Of a stretch of 64,000 nucleotides of DNA, positions 1 to 9,372 are shown one piece after another; position 1 is the first letter of the stretch, and every line of letters begins with the position of its first letter. Source of the DNA: Acidobacteriota bacterium. Its GTDB lineage: Bacteria > Acidobacteriota > UBA6911. The stretch lies in NCBI GenBank assembly GCA_012719355.1, contig JAAYAM010000050.1, positions 1,918-65,917 on the forward strand. Reading direction: 5' to 3'. A program made the position numbers and the translations under genes. A model generated the notes under the pieces. The model worked only from the letters and a program-made list of their open reading frames with translations. It was not told where the DNA came from and searched no databases.

Positions 1-361
1 AGAACCGCACCTCGCCGTGAGCGTCAAGCTTTTCGGTCGCAAGGCCCTGTCCGCTGTGACAGATGGTGCAGCCGAACTCCGAGGTGTCGTGAACGACATC
101 GGCATGCTGAATCATCAGGCGGCCTCCCCGGACTCCCTGCTCATTCGGATCCATTCCGACGTGACATGAAACACAACGGTCGCTCGTTCCAAGACCCGGA
201 CTTACCACCTGGCGCAGCCTTACGCCGAGGGGCCCTTCGTCAGATTGCGTAGCTCGCTGAATTACACGCCACTCCCTGAATCCCTCCTGGGCCGCAGCCA
301 CGATCAGGAGAGCCAGTACACCGAGACTGGATCCGAGAAGTAAGTACTTGTTCTTGTTCAT
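1..361 (-). CDS. c-type cytochrome (at least dihaem), N-terminal part only; gene runs off left edge
   Basis: Reverse-strand ATG at 359-361 gives MNKNKYLLLGSSLGVLALLIVAAAQ (signal/TM-like), followed by two CxxCH haem-binding motifs (CVSCH, CTICH) with no stop before the window edge. It lies 7 bp downstream of the cyt b stop on the same strand. Confidence 0.6.
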   Translation of the reverse strand, partial: MNKNKYLLLGSSLGVLALLIVAAAQEGFREWRVIQRATQSDEGPLGVRLRQVVSPGLGTSDRCVSCHVGMDPNEQGVRGGRLMIQHADVVHDTSEFGCTICHSGQGLATEKLDAHGEVRF

Positions 362-367
362 ACGAGT

Positions 368-1921
368 TCAGTGTCCCGGCCACTCTGCAGGAGACCAGTA
401 GAAAACCCAGTTCGGTCCGCGGAAGTACGCGCCGATTATGGTCAGTACGACGAATCCGCACAGGAAACATGTGAACAGGCCGACAGCGCCGGCCCGGGTG
501 GATTGAAAGCGCCTGATGAGCCAGACGGAATAAGAAGCGTAAACGAGCGTCAGCACGGTTCCGGGATTCACGAATGTAATAAGAAGCTGGGGAGCATCCG
601 GAAACCATTCCCTGATCCACCCGAACCTGATCGCGACCGCTTCCACGACGATTGCGGCCGAAAGTCCGAACAAGGCCGAATTCCTCGCCAGAGGCCAGCC
701 TCCCGGCCCGCCGAACCATTCACCCGTCCCCGATTCCTCTCGCTCGACAAAGGGAATCAGTCCGAGGCCGATCAGAACGATTGCCGGAATGCCGAATCCT
801 CCCATGAAAGCCGAGAACGAAACCATCTCCTGGAGGCCGAGGTAATACCATGGAGCCTTGGCCGGGTTTTCCGGGACGGCGGGATTTGCAATTTCCTTTA
901 AGGGCGCGTCCCAAACCACAGAGAAGGCGAGGCAGAGAAAGGCCGTGAGCATCAGCAGCCCGAGCTCGGCATAGAACAGGTGCGGCATCGACGGCACAGT
1001 ATTCTCGGGCCCGTTCCCCACCTGGGAAGTTCGTCCTTTCACAATCGCAGCAATCTGGTAGGTTCGTGCAGGAGCTTCCGAGAATACCGGATACGTGTCG
1101 CCGCCGGGCGGACTCAGTTTTTGATCCGCATTCACAGGGCGCGTCAGCCCGCCGTCTTTCCTGATGCGCCAGAAATGGACACCCATCAGCGCCGTCAGCG
1201 CCAGCGGAAGAATCATCACGTGCATCAGATAGAACCGGATGAGGGCCACAGGCCCGACGACGTCGGATCCAAGGAGCATGAGGCGCATCCACTCACCCGG
1301 ATCAAATCTTTCCGTGATCCCAAGCGCATCGGTGACTTCCCTGGGAGATTGGGCGATGTTCGCTCCGATCGTGATCGCCCAGTAGGCTAGCTGGTCCCAC
1401 GGAAGGAGGTAGCCGGTAAACGACAGGGCCAGCGTGATCACCAGCAGGCCCATCCCGATCAGCCAGTTGAATTCTCTCGGCTTTCTGTATGCCGCGGTGT
1501 AGAACGTCCGCGCCATGTGCAGAATCACCGCGACAACCATGATGTTTGCCGCCCACCTGTGAATATTCCGTATGAACCTTCCCGTAGGAACTATGAAATG
1601 TATGTCCTTGATCGACTCGTAGGCGACGTCAGGATACGGTTTGTAGTAGAACATCAGAAGTATGCCTGTGACGAGCGTGATAAGGAATGCGGCGCCACAG
1701 ACGATCCCGAGGCCGAAGGTTGTAGTCCACCGCAGGCTCCATCGGTGGACCCTTACGGAATGCAGGTGCAGAAAGAGATTCCCGAAAATGAATGTAGACC
1801 GGGTGCGGTCTGTATTCGGCTTGCCGCTCCGGAAGGCGGAATCCACAATGCGGCGCGGGACAGCACGGAGGTTATCCCACATTTCGAGCAGTCCGGTCTG
1901 AGATGAGATTTTTCCGCTCAT
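368..1921 (-). CDS. cytochrome b of a Rieske/cyt b (bc-type) complex, long form (517 aa) with C-terminal extension
   Basis: Multi-TM protein with recognisable cyt b/b6 blocks (PTGRFIRNIHRWAANIMVVAVILHMARTFYTAAY; LLPWDQLAYWAITIG) and conserved His ligand spacing. Its start overlaps the Rieske stop by 4 bp (ATGA). Confidence 0.85.
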   Translation of the reverse strand: MSGKISSQTGLLEMWDNLRAVPRRIVDSAFRSGKPNTDRTRSTFIFGNLFLHLHSVRVHRWSLRWTTTFGLGIVCGAAFLITLVTGILLMFYYKPYPDVAYESIKDIHFIVPTGRFIRNIHRWAANIMVVAVILHMARTFYTAAYRKPREFNWLIGMGLLVITLALSFTGYLLPWDQLAYWAITIGANIAQSPREVTDALGITERFDPGEWMRLMLLGSDVVGPVALIRFYLMHVMILPLALTALMGVHFWRIRKDGGLTRPVNADQKLSPPGGDTYPVFSEAPARTYQIAAIVKGRTSQVGNGPENTVPSMPHLFYAELGLLMLTAFLCLAFSVVWDAPLKEIANPAVPENPAKAPWYYLGLQEMVSFSAFMGGFGIPAIVLIGLGLIPFVEREESGTGEWFGGPGGWPLARNSALFGLSAAIVVEAVAIRFGWIREWFPDAPQLLITFVNPGTVLTLVYASYSVWLIRRFQSTRAGAVGLFTCFLCGFVVLTIIGAYFRGPNWVFYWSPAEWPGH

Positions 1922-2403
1922 ACCTGCACCTTGGTTCCCGGAGGTACGACAGTACCTTCGTCAATCACGAGTTTTTCACCTGCCGCACTCACCTTGAGCC
2001 AGGAAAGAGCGCGCGGCGCCGGTCCCCGGACAACCGTGCCGTCAGGCGCAAAGCTCGATCCGTGACAGGGGCATTCGAATCCTGCAGGCGTCGACCTGAC
2101 GATGCAGCCGAGATGAGTGCAGATAGTGGAAACAGCCCACGTCCCCTCCTGATCCCGGAATACCGCCACGGAGCGGCCTGAAGGCAGGAATGCCTGGCCG
2201 GGCTGCAGACTATCGGGAAGCATGACGGTGAATCGCTTCGAGGGCGAGGAGACGACGGCTGCTTTGGGCAGTCGAGCCATTCCCAGCACCGCCAGCACAA
2301 GGGCGGAGCCCGCCGCCCAAAGGGCGGCCAATCCCAGCATGTCCCGCCTCGGTATCGGCTCGGGATCCAGGCGCGAGCGGGCGGGCTTGGATACAGTAGT
2401 CAT
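1918..2403 (-). CDS. Rieske [2Fe-2S] iron-sulfur protein with Tat signal
   Basis: Contains CTHLGC and CPCHGS cluster-binding boxes and an N-terminal RRDMLGLAAL twin-arginine motif. The internal ATG at 2401-2403 is preferred over the upstream alternative start because it makes an ATGA overlap with the upstream gene's stop. Confidence 0.85.
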   Translation of the reverse strand: MTTVSKPARSRLDPEPIPRRDMLGLAALWAAGSALVLAVLGMARLPKAAVVSSPSKRFTVMLPDSLQPGQAFLPSGRSVAVFRDQEGTWAVSTICTHLGCIVRSTPAGFECPCHGSSFAPDGTVVRGPAPRALSWLKVSAAGEKLVIDEGTVVPPGTKVQV

Positions 2404-4313
2404 CCGGACCTCCAGTTGACTGAAAACGTTGTGCGCTCCATCGTGATGGCATCCACGGGGCAGCGCATCGAACACAGCGCGCAGCGAATGCAGCGCGCCT
2501 CGTCTTTGAGAATCGCAGAATTCCCGTCGCGTTCCGCCGCCGGCCCGAGAATCGAATCGATTGCAGCATCCAGATCCTCGCCGCCTTCCAGCTGATCGAG
2601 AGACGTTAGCTTCAGACACTGGGTCGGACAGACGTCGGCGCATCCACCGCACAGGACGCAGCGGCTGCCGTCAAAAACCGGCGTTACGCCGCAATCGAGA
2701 CACCGGCGTGCTTCACGCATCGCCTGATCGGCTGTGTATCCGGTTTCCACGACGTTGCGCGGATGCGCAAGCCTGTCGCTCGGGGGCAACACAGGCACGG
2801 CAACGCGACGCAGCGATTCGTAGCCGGCTTCACGCCGGTAGCGGCTTTGTACGAGATGCGCCGTCAGAGTCTCCTGGTCGAGCCTGCGGCCGGTGACATA
2901 CTCATATACTGATCGCGCTGCAGTCTTCCCCGATGCGACCGCGTCGATGAGCAGGCGTGTCCCGTGAGCCAGGTCGCCTGCAACAAACACGCCGGGAGCC
3001 GTCGTCGCAAGTGTTTGAGAGTCGATCTTCAACCAGCCGGGCCTTGTCATTTCGATATCGCTCCCGCCCTCGGAGAGGAAAGAGACAACCGGAGTCTGAC
3101 CGACTGCCAGCAGTACGGTATCGCAGTGCAGTGTCTGACGCTCCGTGTCATCGAAGAGCGGCGCGAATCTCTGGTTTTCATCGTACACCCTGAGGCATTT
3201 GCGGAAAATCACTCCGGTCGGGAGACCGTCGCGGTCGCGGCTGATCCCGACCGGTCCCCACCCGTTGAGGCGTTCAATCCCCTCTTCATCTCCTTCGATG
3301 ATCTCGGTAGTAGTGGCGGGCATCTCCTCCAGTCCTTCAAGCGACACAAGGCGCACGCGTGACGTGGCCGGCAGACGCGCGGCGGTGCGGGCGGCGTCAT
3401 AGGCGATCTGGCGCAGAACGGTCCGGGCAACGTCGTAGGCCACGTTTCCTCCCCCGACGACAACAACATCCTTGCCAAGTTCGATTGGCAGTTCGAGAGC
3501 AACAGCCCGAAGCAGATCCACCCCTCCGAAAACACGCGGTCCGTGTTCTCCCGGAATCCCGAGTCCGCGAGACGATTTCGCTCCGACAGCGAGAATGACC
3601 GCGGCGAAGTCGCTGCGCAGCTGCGCAAAACTAATTTCCTTTCCGACCGTTACGCCGCATCGGATATCGACGCCGAGCGCACGTATCACGTTCACTTCCG
3701 CCTCGATGACGGCGGGGGGCAGCCGATATGCCGGCACCCCCAATGCCAGCATGCCTGCGGGAACCGGCTCAGATTCGAAAACCACTGGATTGAAACCCAG
3801 AAGAGCAAGGTCGTGCGCTGCCGAAAGGCCCGCAGGTCCGGCCCCGATTATGGCCACCTGTTCCCCTTTCGCAGGCTGGATTCTCCCCTCCAATGCCGCT
3901 CGCAACAGCGCTGCCATCTCCTCCGGTCCGCTGCAAACCGAAGGACTCGCAGCACGAACGGTGCGAAGCACGTCATCATGGCCCCGCCGTTCCGGTCCGG
4001 CTATTGAGCAAGCGAATCCTTTCAGCGCCCGTATCGATACGGGCCTGTCGTTGGCAACGAAATGCCCGTCGTCATCGACCCTCGGCACCTGGCCGCGCCT
4101 GCATGCGGTCTCACAGGGAGCCCCGCAGATTCTGCCGCAGATAGAAGCAAAGGGATTCGGGCCGCGGGCGATAAGATATGCTTCGTCGAAACGCTGTTCG
4201 GCAATCGCGCGGATGTAGCCTCTCGCATCCGTATGGACAGGACAGGCGACCTGACACGAGATCAGTTCCCGATGGTAATTCTCTCCGGGTATTTCCGCCT
4301 TCAGCTTCCTCAT
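2400..4313 (-). CDS. GltD/NfnB/SudA-like NAD(P)H-binding FAD Fe-S oxidoreductase with extra C-terminal 2x[4Fe-4S] ferredoxin domain
   Basis: The N-terminus carries the GltD-type Cys motifs (CQVACPVHTD...ICGRICGAPCETAC). Rossmann GxGxxG boxes follow (IIGAGPAGLSAAHDL; VVVGGGNVAYDVAR). The C-terminus has two CxxCxxCxxxCP boxes (CVLCGGCADVCP; CIRCALCSMRCP). ATGA overlaps occur with both neighbouring genes. Confidence 0.75.
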   Translation of the reverse strand: MRKLKAEIPGENYHRELISCQVACPVHTDARGYIRAIAEQRFDEAYLIARGPNPFASICGRICGAPCETACRRGQVPRVDDDGHFVANDRPVSIRALKGFACSIAGPERRGHDDVLRTVRAASPSVCSGPEEMAALLRAALEGRIQPAKGEQVAIIGAGPAGLSAAHDLALLGFNPVVFESEPVPAGMLALGVPAYRLPPAVIEAEVNVIRALGVDIRCGVTVGKEISFAQLRSDFAAVILAVGAKSSRGLGIPGEHGPRVFGGVDLLRAVALELPIELGKDVVVVGGGNVAYDVARTVLRQIAYDAARTAARLPATSRVRLVSLEGLEEMPATTTEIIEGDEEGIERLNGWGPVGISRDRDGLPTGVIFRKCLRVYDENQRFAPLFDDTERQTLHCDTVLLAVGQTPVVSFLSEGGSDIEMTRPGWLKIDSQTLATTAPGVFVAGDLAHGTRLLIDAVASGKTAARSVYEYVTGRRLDQETLTAHLVQSRYRREAGYESLRRVAVPVLPPSDRLAHPRNVVETGYTADQAMREARRCLDCGVTPVFDGSRCVLCGGCADVCPTQCLKLTSLDQLEGGEDLDAAIDSILGPAAERDGNSAILKDEARCIRCALCSMRCPVDAITMERTTFSVNWRSG

Positions 4314-5002
4314 TCGACTCCTGACAGGTACGACAGCAACGTATCCATCACCCGGTTCGCCCGCTCATACACCGCGTCTTCCACGTGCAGCAGTTCTTCT
4401 TCGTTCTGTACAAAGGAACCTGGAGAGAGATCATCCCGGCAGTTGTCTACAAGCGACCGGACGCTTTCGGGCGTCGCCTCCAGATGAAACTGCAGCCCGA
4501 TAACCTGTCTTCCCAACTGAAACGCCTGATTCTCGCACGCCTCGCTCCTGGCGAGCCGAACTGCGCCGCGAGGCAGAGCGAAGGTCTCACCATGCCAGTG
4601 GAAGGCGACGCAGCGTTCGGGCAACGCGAATACGGCGCCTTCGTGACGCATCGCCGTTACGGGAAACCAGCCTATTTCCTTCTGAGCATTCGGTGAGACA
4701 GCCGCGTCAAGAGCGCTCGCAATGAGCTGCGCACCAAGGCATATGCCGAGAGTCGGCACTTTCAGTGCGATTGCGTCGCACAGCAGTTGTTTCTCCGCAC
4801 GAAGCCACGGGTAGGCGGCCTCGTCGTTTACACTCATGGGCCCCCCCATAACGATCAGGAGATCGAGCCCGTCGAGTTGCGGCAGAATGCTTTGTTCAAA
4901 AAAGCGGGTGTAGGTTATTGAGGCCTGATGCCTTTTAAGCCAGGCATCTATACTCCCGATCCCCTCAAACGGTACGTGCTGCAATACATGAACTCTCATC
5001 AC
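4310..5002 (-). CDS. class I (type 1) glutamine amidotransferase domain protein
   Basis: GATase1 fold signature with the catalytic Cys in GICLGAQL and a downstream His/Glu region (FHWHGE). It is the first gene of the coupled operon. Confidence 0.7.
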   Translation of the reverse strand: MMRVHVLQHVPFEGIGSIDAWLKRHQASITYTRFFEQSILPQLDGLDLLIVMGGPMSVNDEAAYPWLRAEKQLLCDAIALKVPTLGICLGAQLIASALDAAVSPNAQKEIGWFPVTAMRHEGAVFALPERCVAFHWHGETFALPRGAVRLARSEACENQAFQLGRQVIGLQFHLEATPESVRSLVDNCRDDLSPGSFVQNEEELLHVEDAVYERANRVMDTLLSYLSGVE

Positions 5003-5252
5003 CTGCTGGTTCCAATCACGGCCCGAAGCCGGAATATTTACGTTAAGCCAGCCGAAGCGGCGCTTACTTGATGCAAGTCAAGAAATCGAAATTTCTCTAA
5101 GGTTTTTGGCCGTCAGAGACCGCCTATGAACTGAATCATTGCTCAATACGGCCGATATTCAAGAGCAGGCCTTAACTTCAGCCACGCCACGTCACGTCCA
5201 TCGTGGTATAGTCACCCCGCGCGAACTGAAAATCCTAGAAAGAGAGACGCAC

Positions 5253-6659
5253 ATGTCACGGGACTCTGAGTCCGGATCGCACACAAGGCTGTCGTTCGTA
5301 GAGAACGTCGGTTTCGGCCTGGGTGACACGGCCTCTAATTTCTTCTTCCAGACGTTCAATATCTTTCTGCTGTACTACTACACCGATGTTTTTGGAATAG
5401 ACGCCGCGGTGGCCGGAACGATGTTTCTCCTGACTCGTCTCTGGGATGCAGTGAACGACCCGATCATGGGTTTGATCGCAGACCGCACAAAGACGAGGTG
5501 GGGCAAATACCGTCCCTATCTCCTCTGGATGGCCGTTCCGTACGGCATTTTCGGATACCTGATGTTCGCCAACCCCGACCTCGGCCGGACCGGCAGGATC
5601 ATCTATGCATATTTCACCTACTCGATGATGATGATGGCCTACACCGCCATCAACGTCCCCTACTCCGCCCTGATGGGGGTTCTCAGTCCTTCGTCACATG
5701 CCAGGACGATAGCGTCCAACTTCCGCTTCGTAGGTGCCTACGGAGGCGGCCTCCTGATATCGATGTACGTCAGGACCCTGGTCGAAAAGCTCGGAGGGGG
5801 GAACGAACTGCTCGGGTTCCAGTACACCATGGCACTGTTTGCCGTCGCGTCCGTCATTCTTTTCTGGACCTCGTTCGCCACTACGAAAGAACGTGTTCAG
5901 CCACCGGAAGGACAGCGGCAGAACATCAGGGAGGAACTTGGTGAGCTTCTTAAGAACAGGCCTTGGGTAATCCTGTTTTTTGCTGCGATTTTCTCCACGA
6001 CCTTCATAGCCACGCGCGACTCGGTCACGATTCATTTCTTCAAGTATGTCGTAAGAGCGGGCAATGAAACGGTTTTTCTCGGTATGGACCGGGCCTCGCT
6101 TTTCCTGAGCCTGGGCAGGCTCATGATGATGCTCGGCGTGCTGTGTGTCGGATTCATGGTGCGGCGCGTCGACAAGAAACCGCTCTCGGCTGTCCTTACG
6201 ATAGGGACGGCGGCATGCTGGTTCGCCTTTTATTTCGTCCCGGTGGACATGTACGGCCTGATGATGGTGCTGAATGCCGTCGGTTCGTTCATGCTGGGCC
6301 CCACCTCCGCACTCGTGTGGTCGATGTACGGTGACGTGGCCGATTACGGCCAGTTGAAATTCGGACGGCGCTCGACCGGCTTGATCCATTCAGCCTCGCT
6401 GTTTGCTCTCAAGACGGGAACCATGGTGGCCGGGTTTCTTGGCGGGTGGCTCCTCGAACTTTTCGACTTTGTCCCGAATCAGCTGCAGTCTGAAAAATCG
6501 CTCCGGGGAATACTCCTGATGTTTTCCGTCATCCCGGCGATTTTCGCGATCGGGAAAGGGATATCGCTCTTTCTTTATCCTCTCGACCGGAGGAGAGTTG
6601 CGGAAGTGGAGCGGGAGCTTGCCGCCCGGAACCTCCCGGAACCGGCAATCCATCGGTAA
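5253..6659 (+). CDS. glycoside-pentoside-hexuronide (GPH):cation symporter family MFS transporter
   Basis: 12-TM protein with GPH family N-terminal blocks (GDTASNFFFQTFNIFLLYYYTDVFGI; DRTKTRWGKYRPYLLWMAVPYG). The ATG at 5253 is preferred; the ORF track extends to a TTG at 5139. The stop overlaps the next gene's start (TAATG). Confidence 0.8.
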   Translation: MSRDSESGSHTRLSFVENVGFGLGDTASNFFFQTFNIFLLYYYTDVFGIDAAVAGTMFLLTRLWDAVNDPIMGLIADRTKTRWGKYRPYLLWMAVPYGIFGYLMFANPDLGRTGRIIYAYFTYSMMMMAYTAINVPYSALMGVLSPSSHARTIASNFRFVGAYGGGLLISMYVRTLVEKLGGGNELLGFQYTMALFAVASVILFWTSFATTKERVQPPEGQRQNIREELGELLKNRPWVILFFAAIFSTTFIATRDSVTIHFFKYVVRAGNETVFLGMDRASLFLSLGRLMMMLGVLCVGFMVRRVDKKPLSAVLTIGTAACWFAFYFVPVDMYGLMMVLNAVGSFMLGPTSALVWSMYGDVADYGQLKFGRRSTGLIHSASLFALKTGTMVAGFLGGWLLELFDFVPNQLQSEKSLRGILLMFSVIPAIFAIGKGISLFLYPLDRRRVAEVERELAARNLPEPAIHR

Positions 6660-8872
6660 TGACTATGGGTCGCAATAAGAACTTTCATCCACGAGTGGAA
6701 GATCTCCTTTCGAGAATGACGCTGCGGGAGAAGATCGGACAGATGGTTCAGGTGGCCGGTCCCAAAGGCGGCATTCCTGATGCCCTGCGCCGGCAGCTTC
6801 GTGAAGGACGGATCGGATCGATGCTCAACGTGACCGAACCTGCAATCAGCTGCGAACTCCAGCGCATCGCAGTCGAGGAGAGCCGGCTGGGAATCCCGCT
6901 GATCATAGGACGCGATGTCATCCACGGCTGCCGGACCATATTCCCGATACCGCTCGCACTTGCAGCAACATGGGATCCGCAGGCGGCGGAGACATGCGCG
7001 CGCGTGGCCGCACGGGAAGCGTCGGCGGCAGGGTTTCACTGGACATTCGCCCCGATGATGGACATCACACGCGATCCGAGGTGGGGACGAATCGCCGAAG
7101 GTTTCGGCGAAGACCCGTACCTTGCCTCTCTTTTCGCTGCCGCGATGGTACGCGGTTTCCAGGGGAGCGATCTTTCTTCCCCGGATACGCTGGCCGCATG
7201 CGCCAAGCACTTCGCCGGCTACGGCGCGGCGGAAGGGGGACGCGACTACGACGCAGCAGTGCTTTCAGAAAACCTGCTGCGCGATGTGTATCTCCCTCCT
7301 TTCAAAGCTGCCGTTGACGCAAACGTAGCGACGGTTATGACCGCTTTCAATGAAATCAACGGAGTTCCGGCAACAGGGAGCATCCATCTTCTGAGGAAGA
7401 TACTGCGTGAGGAGTGGGGATTTTCCGGTTTCGTGGTGAGCGACTGGAAGAGCATCGAGGAGATGGTGAATCACGGATTCTGCGAAGACGGCCGAGATGC
7501 GGCCCGCAAAGCCGTCCAGGCAGGTGTCGACATGGAGATGCAGAGTTCCACTTACAGTGACCATCTCGAGGATCTGGTCGCGACAGAAGAGATCCGGGAA
7601 GGACTCATTGATGATGCGGCCGCCCATATCCTCGACATCAAGTTCCGGCTCGGCCTTTTCGGGGAGCGGCCGCTGTATCGTGCCGCCGTGCCGGGCCAAC
7701 CGGAGCGGGAAGCTTTGCTGCAGGCGAAGAACGCCGCTCTCAGAAGCATCGTGCTTTTGAAGAACAATGGAATTCTGCCGCTGTCGCCCGAAACGCGGAG
7801 GATAGCAGTCGTCGGTCCGCTGGCCGATGATCCGTACGAGGTTCTGGGCACCTGGAACCGAGACGGGAGGACTGAAGACACCATCACTCCCCTGGCCGCT
7901 ATTAGAAGTCTGCTTGGCGAGAAAACAGAAATCCTACACGCCGGTGGGATGAAGTATTCCCGCAGCAGAGATACAACCGGGTTCGCACAAGCCGTACAGT
8001 GCGCGAGGGAGGCTGACGTCGTCATCTTCTTTGCGGGTGAAGAAGCCATTCTCTCCGGCGAGGGACACAGCCGTGCCTACCTGAATCTGCCCGGCGCCCA
8101 GGAGACGCTGCTTGATGAAGTAGCTGCAACCGGAACGCCGATCGTGCTGGTGGTTCTGGCAGGCAGGCCGCTGATTATCGGGAAAGCGGCCGAAAAGGCT
8201 GCGGCGGTTCTTTACGGCTGGCATCCCGGCACCATGGGCGGTCCTGCACTCGCGGATCTGATTTTCGGAGTCGAGTCACCGTCAGGGAAGCTTCCGATCA
8301 CATTCCCCAAAGCCGAAGGCCAGATACCGGTCTACTATGCTCACAAGAACACCGGCCGCCCGCCCGAAAAGCTGTCTCTCACGATGATCGACGATAGTCC
8401 GGTGCGCGCGTATCAGAGTTCATTGGGAGATGCGGCAAGATACCTGGACATCGGGTATCAGCCGCAGTACCCGTTCGGCTATGGCCTCTCTTATACGAAA
8501 TTTGAATACTCCGATCTGCGTCTTTCGGCCGGGACGGTTCTGCCCGGCGACACAATCCAGGCGTCGGTCAGACTGGCCAATTCCGGAACAATGGAAGCCG
8601 AAGAGGTCGTACAACTGTATGTCCGGGATGTGACGGGCAGCCTGACGCGTCCGGTGAAGGAATTGAAAGGATTTCAGCGCATCCGCCTCAAGCCGGGAGA
8701 GGAGAGAATTGTCCGCTTCTACATCGAGACCGGTAAGCTGGGATTTCACAACAGCGCGATGCAATACGTCGTCGAACCCGGAAGATTCACTCTCTGGATC
8801 GGCGGGGACTCCCAGTCGAGCCTTATGGCGGAGTTCCACCTGCTACCCACTCGAGACATGAACAAGCGCTAG
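6659..8872 (+). CDS. bglX: glycoside hydrolase family 3 beta-glucosidase (BglX-like)
   Basis: GH3 N-terminal (GIPLIIGRDVIHG; FVVSDW) and C-terminal domains plus a FnIII-like tail, 737 aa. It is translationally coupled to the upstream GPH transporter. Confidence 0.85.
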   Translation: MTMGRNKNFHPRVEDLLSRMTLREKIGQMVQVAGPKGGIPDALRRQLREGRIGSMLNVTEPAISCELQRIAVEESRLGIPLIIGRDVIHGCRTIFPIPLALAATWDPQAAETCARVAAREASAAGFHWTFAPMMDITRDPRWGRIAEGFGEDPYLASLFAAAMVRGFQGSDLSSPDTLAACAKHFAGYGAAEGGRDYDAAVLSENLLRDVYLPPFKAAVDANVATVMTAFNEINGVPATGSIHLLRKILREEWGFSGFVVSDWKSIEEMVNHGFCEDGRDAARKAVQAGVDMEMQSSTYSDHLEDLVATEEIREGLIDDAAAHILDIKFRLGLFGERPLYRAAVPGQPEREALLQAKNAALRSIVLLKNNGILPLSPETRRIAVVGPLADDPYEVLGTWNRDGRTEDTITPLAAIRSLLGEKTEILHAGGMKYSRSRDTTGFAQAVQCAREADVVIFFAGEEAILSGEGHSRAYLNLPGAQETLLDEVAATGTPIVLVVLAGRPLIIGKAAEKAAAVLYGWHPGTMGGPALADLIFGVESPSGKLPITFPKAEGQIPVYYAHKNTGRPPEKLSLTMIDDSPVRAYQSSLGDAARYLDIGYQPQYPFGYGLSYTKFEYSDLRLSAGTVLPGDTIQASVRLANSGTMEAEEVVQLYVRDVTGSLTRPVKELKGFQRIRLKPGEERIVRFYIETGKLGFHNSAMQYVVEPGRFTLWIGGDSQSSLMAEFHLLPTRDMNKR

Positions 8873-9360
8873 TCGGTGCTGAACCGCCTTACACCGTTCC
8901 GATCCACCTTCTGCAGCAGGTCGGCAACGCGCTCGTGCAACACGGGGTGCACGATGTCGGGCGCTATTTCGGCAAGAGGAACCAGAACGAAGGCGCGTTC
9001 AGCCATCCGCGGATGCGGAATTACGAGATCCGGAGATTCGAGCACGATATCGTCGTACAGCAGGATATCGATGTCGATCGGGCGGGGAGCGTTCCGGAAA
9101 CTCGCCTTCCGCCCCATCTGATCCTCGATGAGCTTCATCTGGCGCAGCAGTTCGTGGGGCGGCAGTTCGGTCGTGAGAGCCGCTACCATATTAAGGAAAT
9201 CAGGCTGATCGAGGTAGCCGACAGGCGCAGTCTCGTAGCAGCTGGAGATCTTCTCTACAGAGCTGAAGCTTCCGAGGCGCTGAATTCCCTGCTCGAGATT
9301 CTCGAGCCGTTCGCCCAGGTTAGATCCCAGACCGACGTAGACGACGTGTTGTGCGGCCAT
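8869..9360 (-). CDS. folK: 2-amino-4-hydroxy-6-hydroxymethyldihydropteridine pyrophosphokinase (HPPK)
   Basis: Full-length match to the HPPK fold and signature (VYVGLGSNLGER...PRPIDIDILLYDD...RAFVLVPLAEI), 163 aa. Confidence 0.85.
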   Translation of the reverse strand: MAAQHVVYVGLGSNLGERLENLEQGIQRLGSFSSVEKISSCYETAPVGYLDQPDFLNMVAALTTELPPHELLRQMKLIEDQMGRKASFRNAPRPIDIDILLYDDIVLESPDLVIPHPRMAERAFVLVPLAEIAPDIVHPVLHERVADLLQKVDRNGVRRFSTD

Positions 9361-9372
9361 AGCCTGACCACG

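Noticed and set aside
5694-6389. 231-aa - strand ORF
   Set aside because: It is antisense to the GPH transporter and has no features of a real protein.
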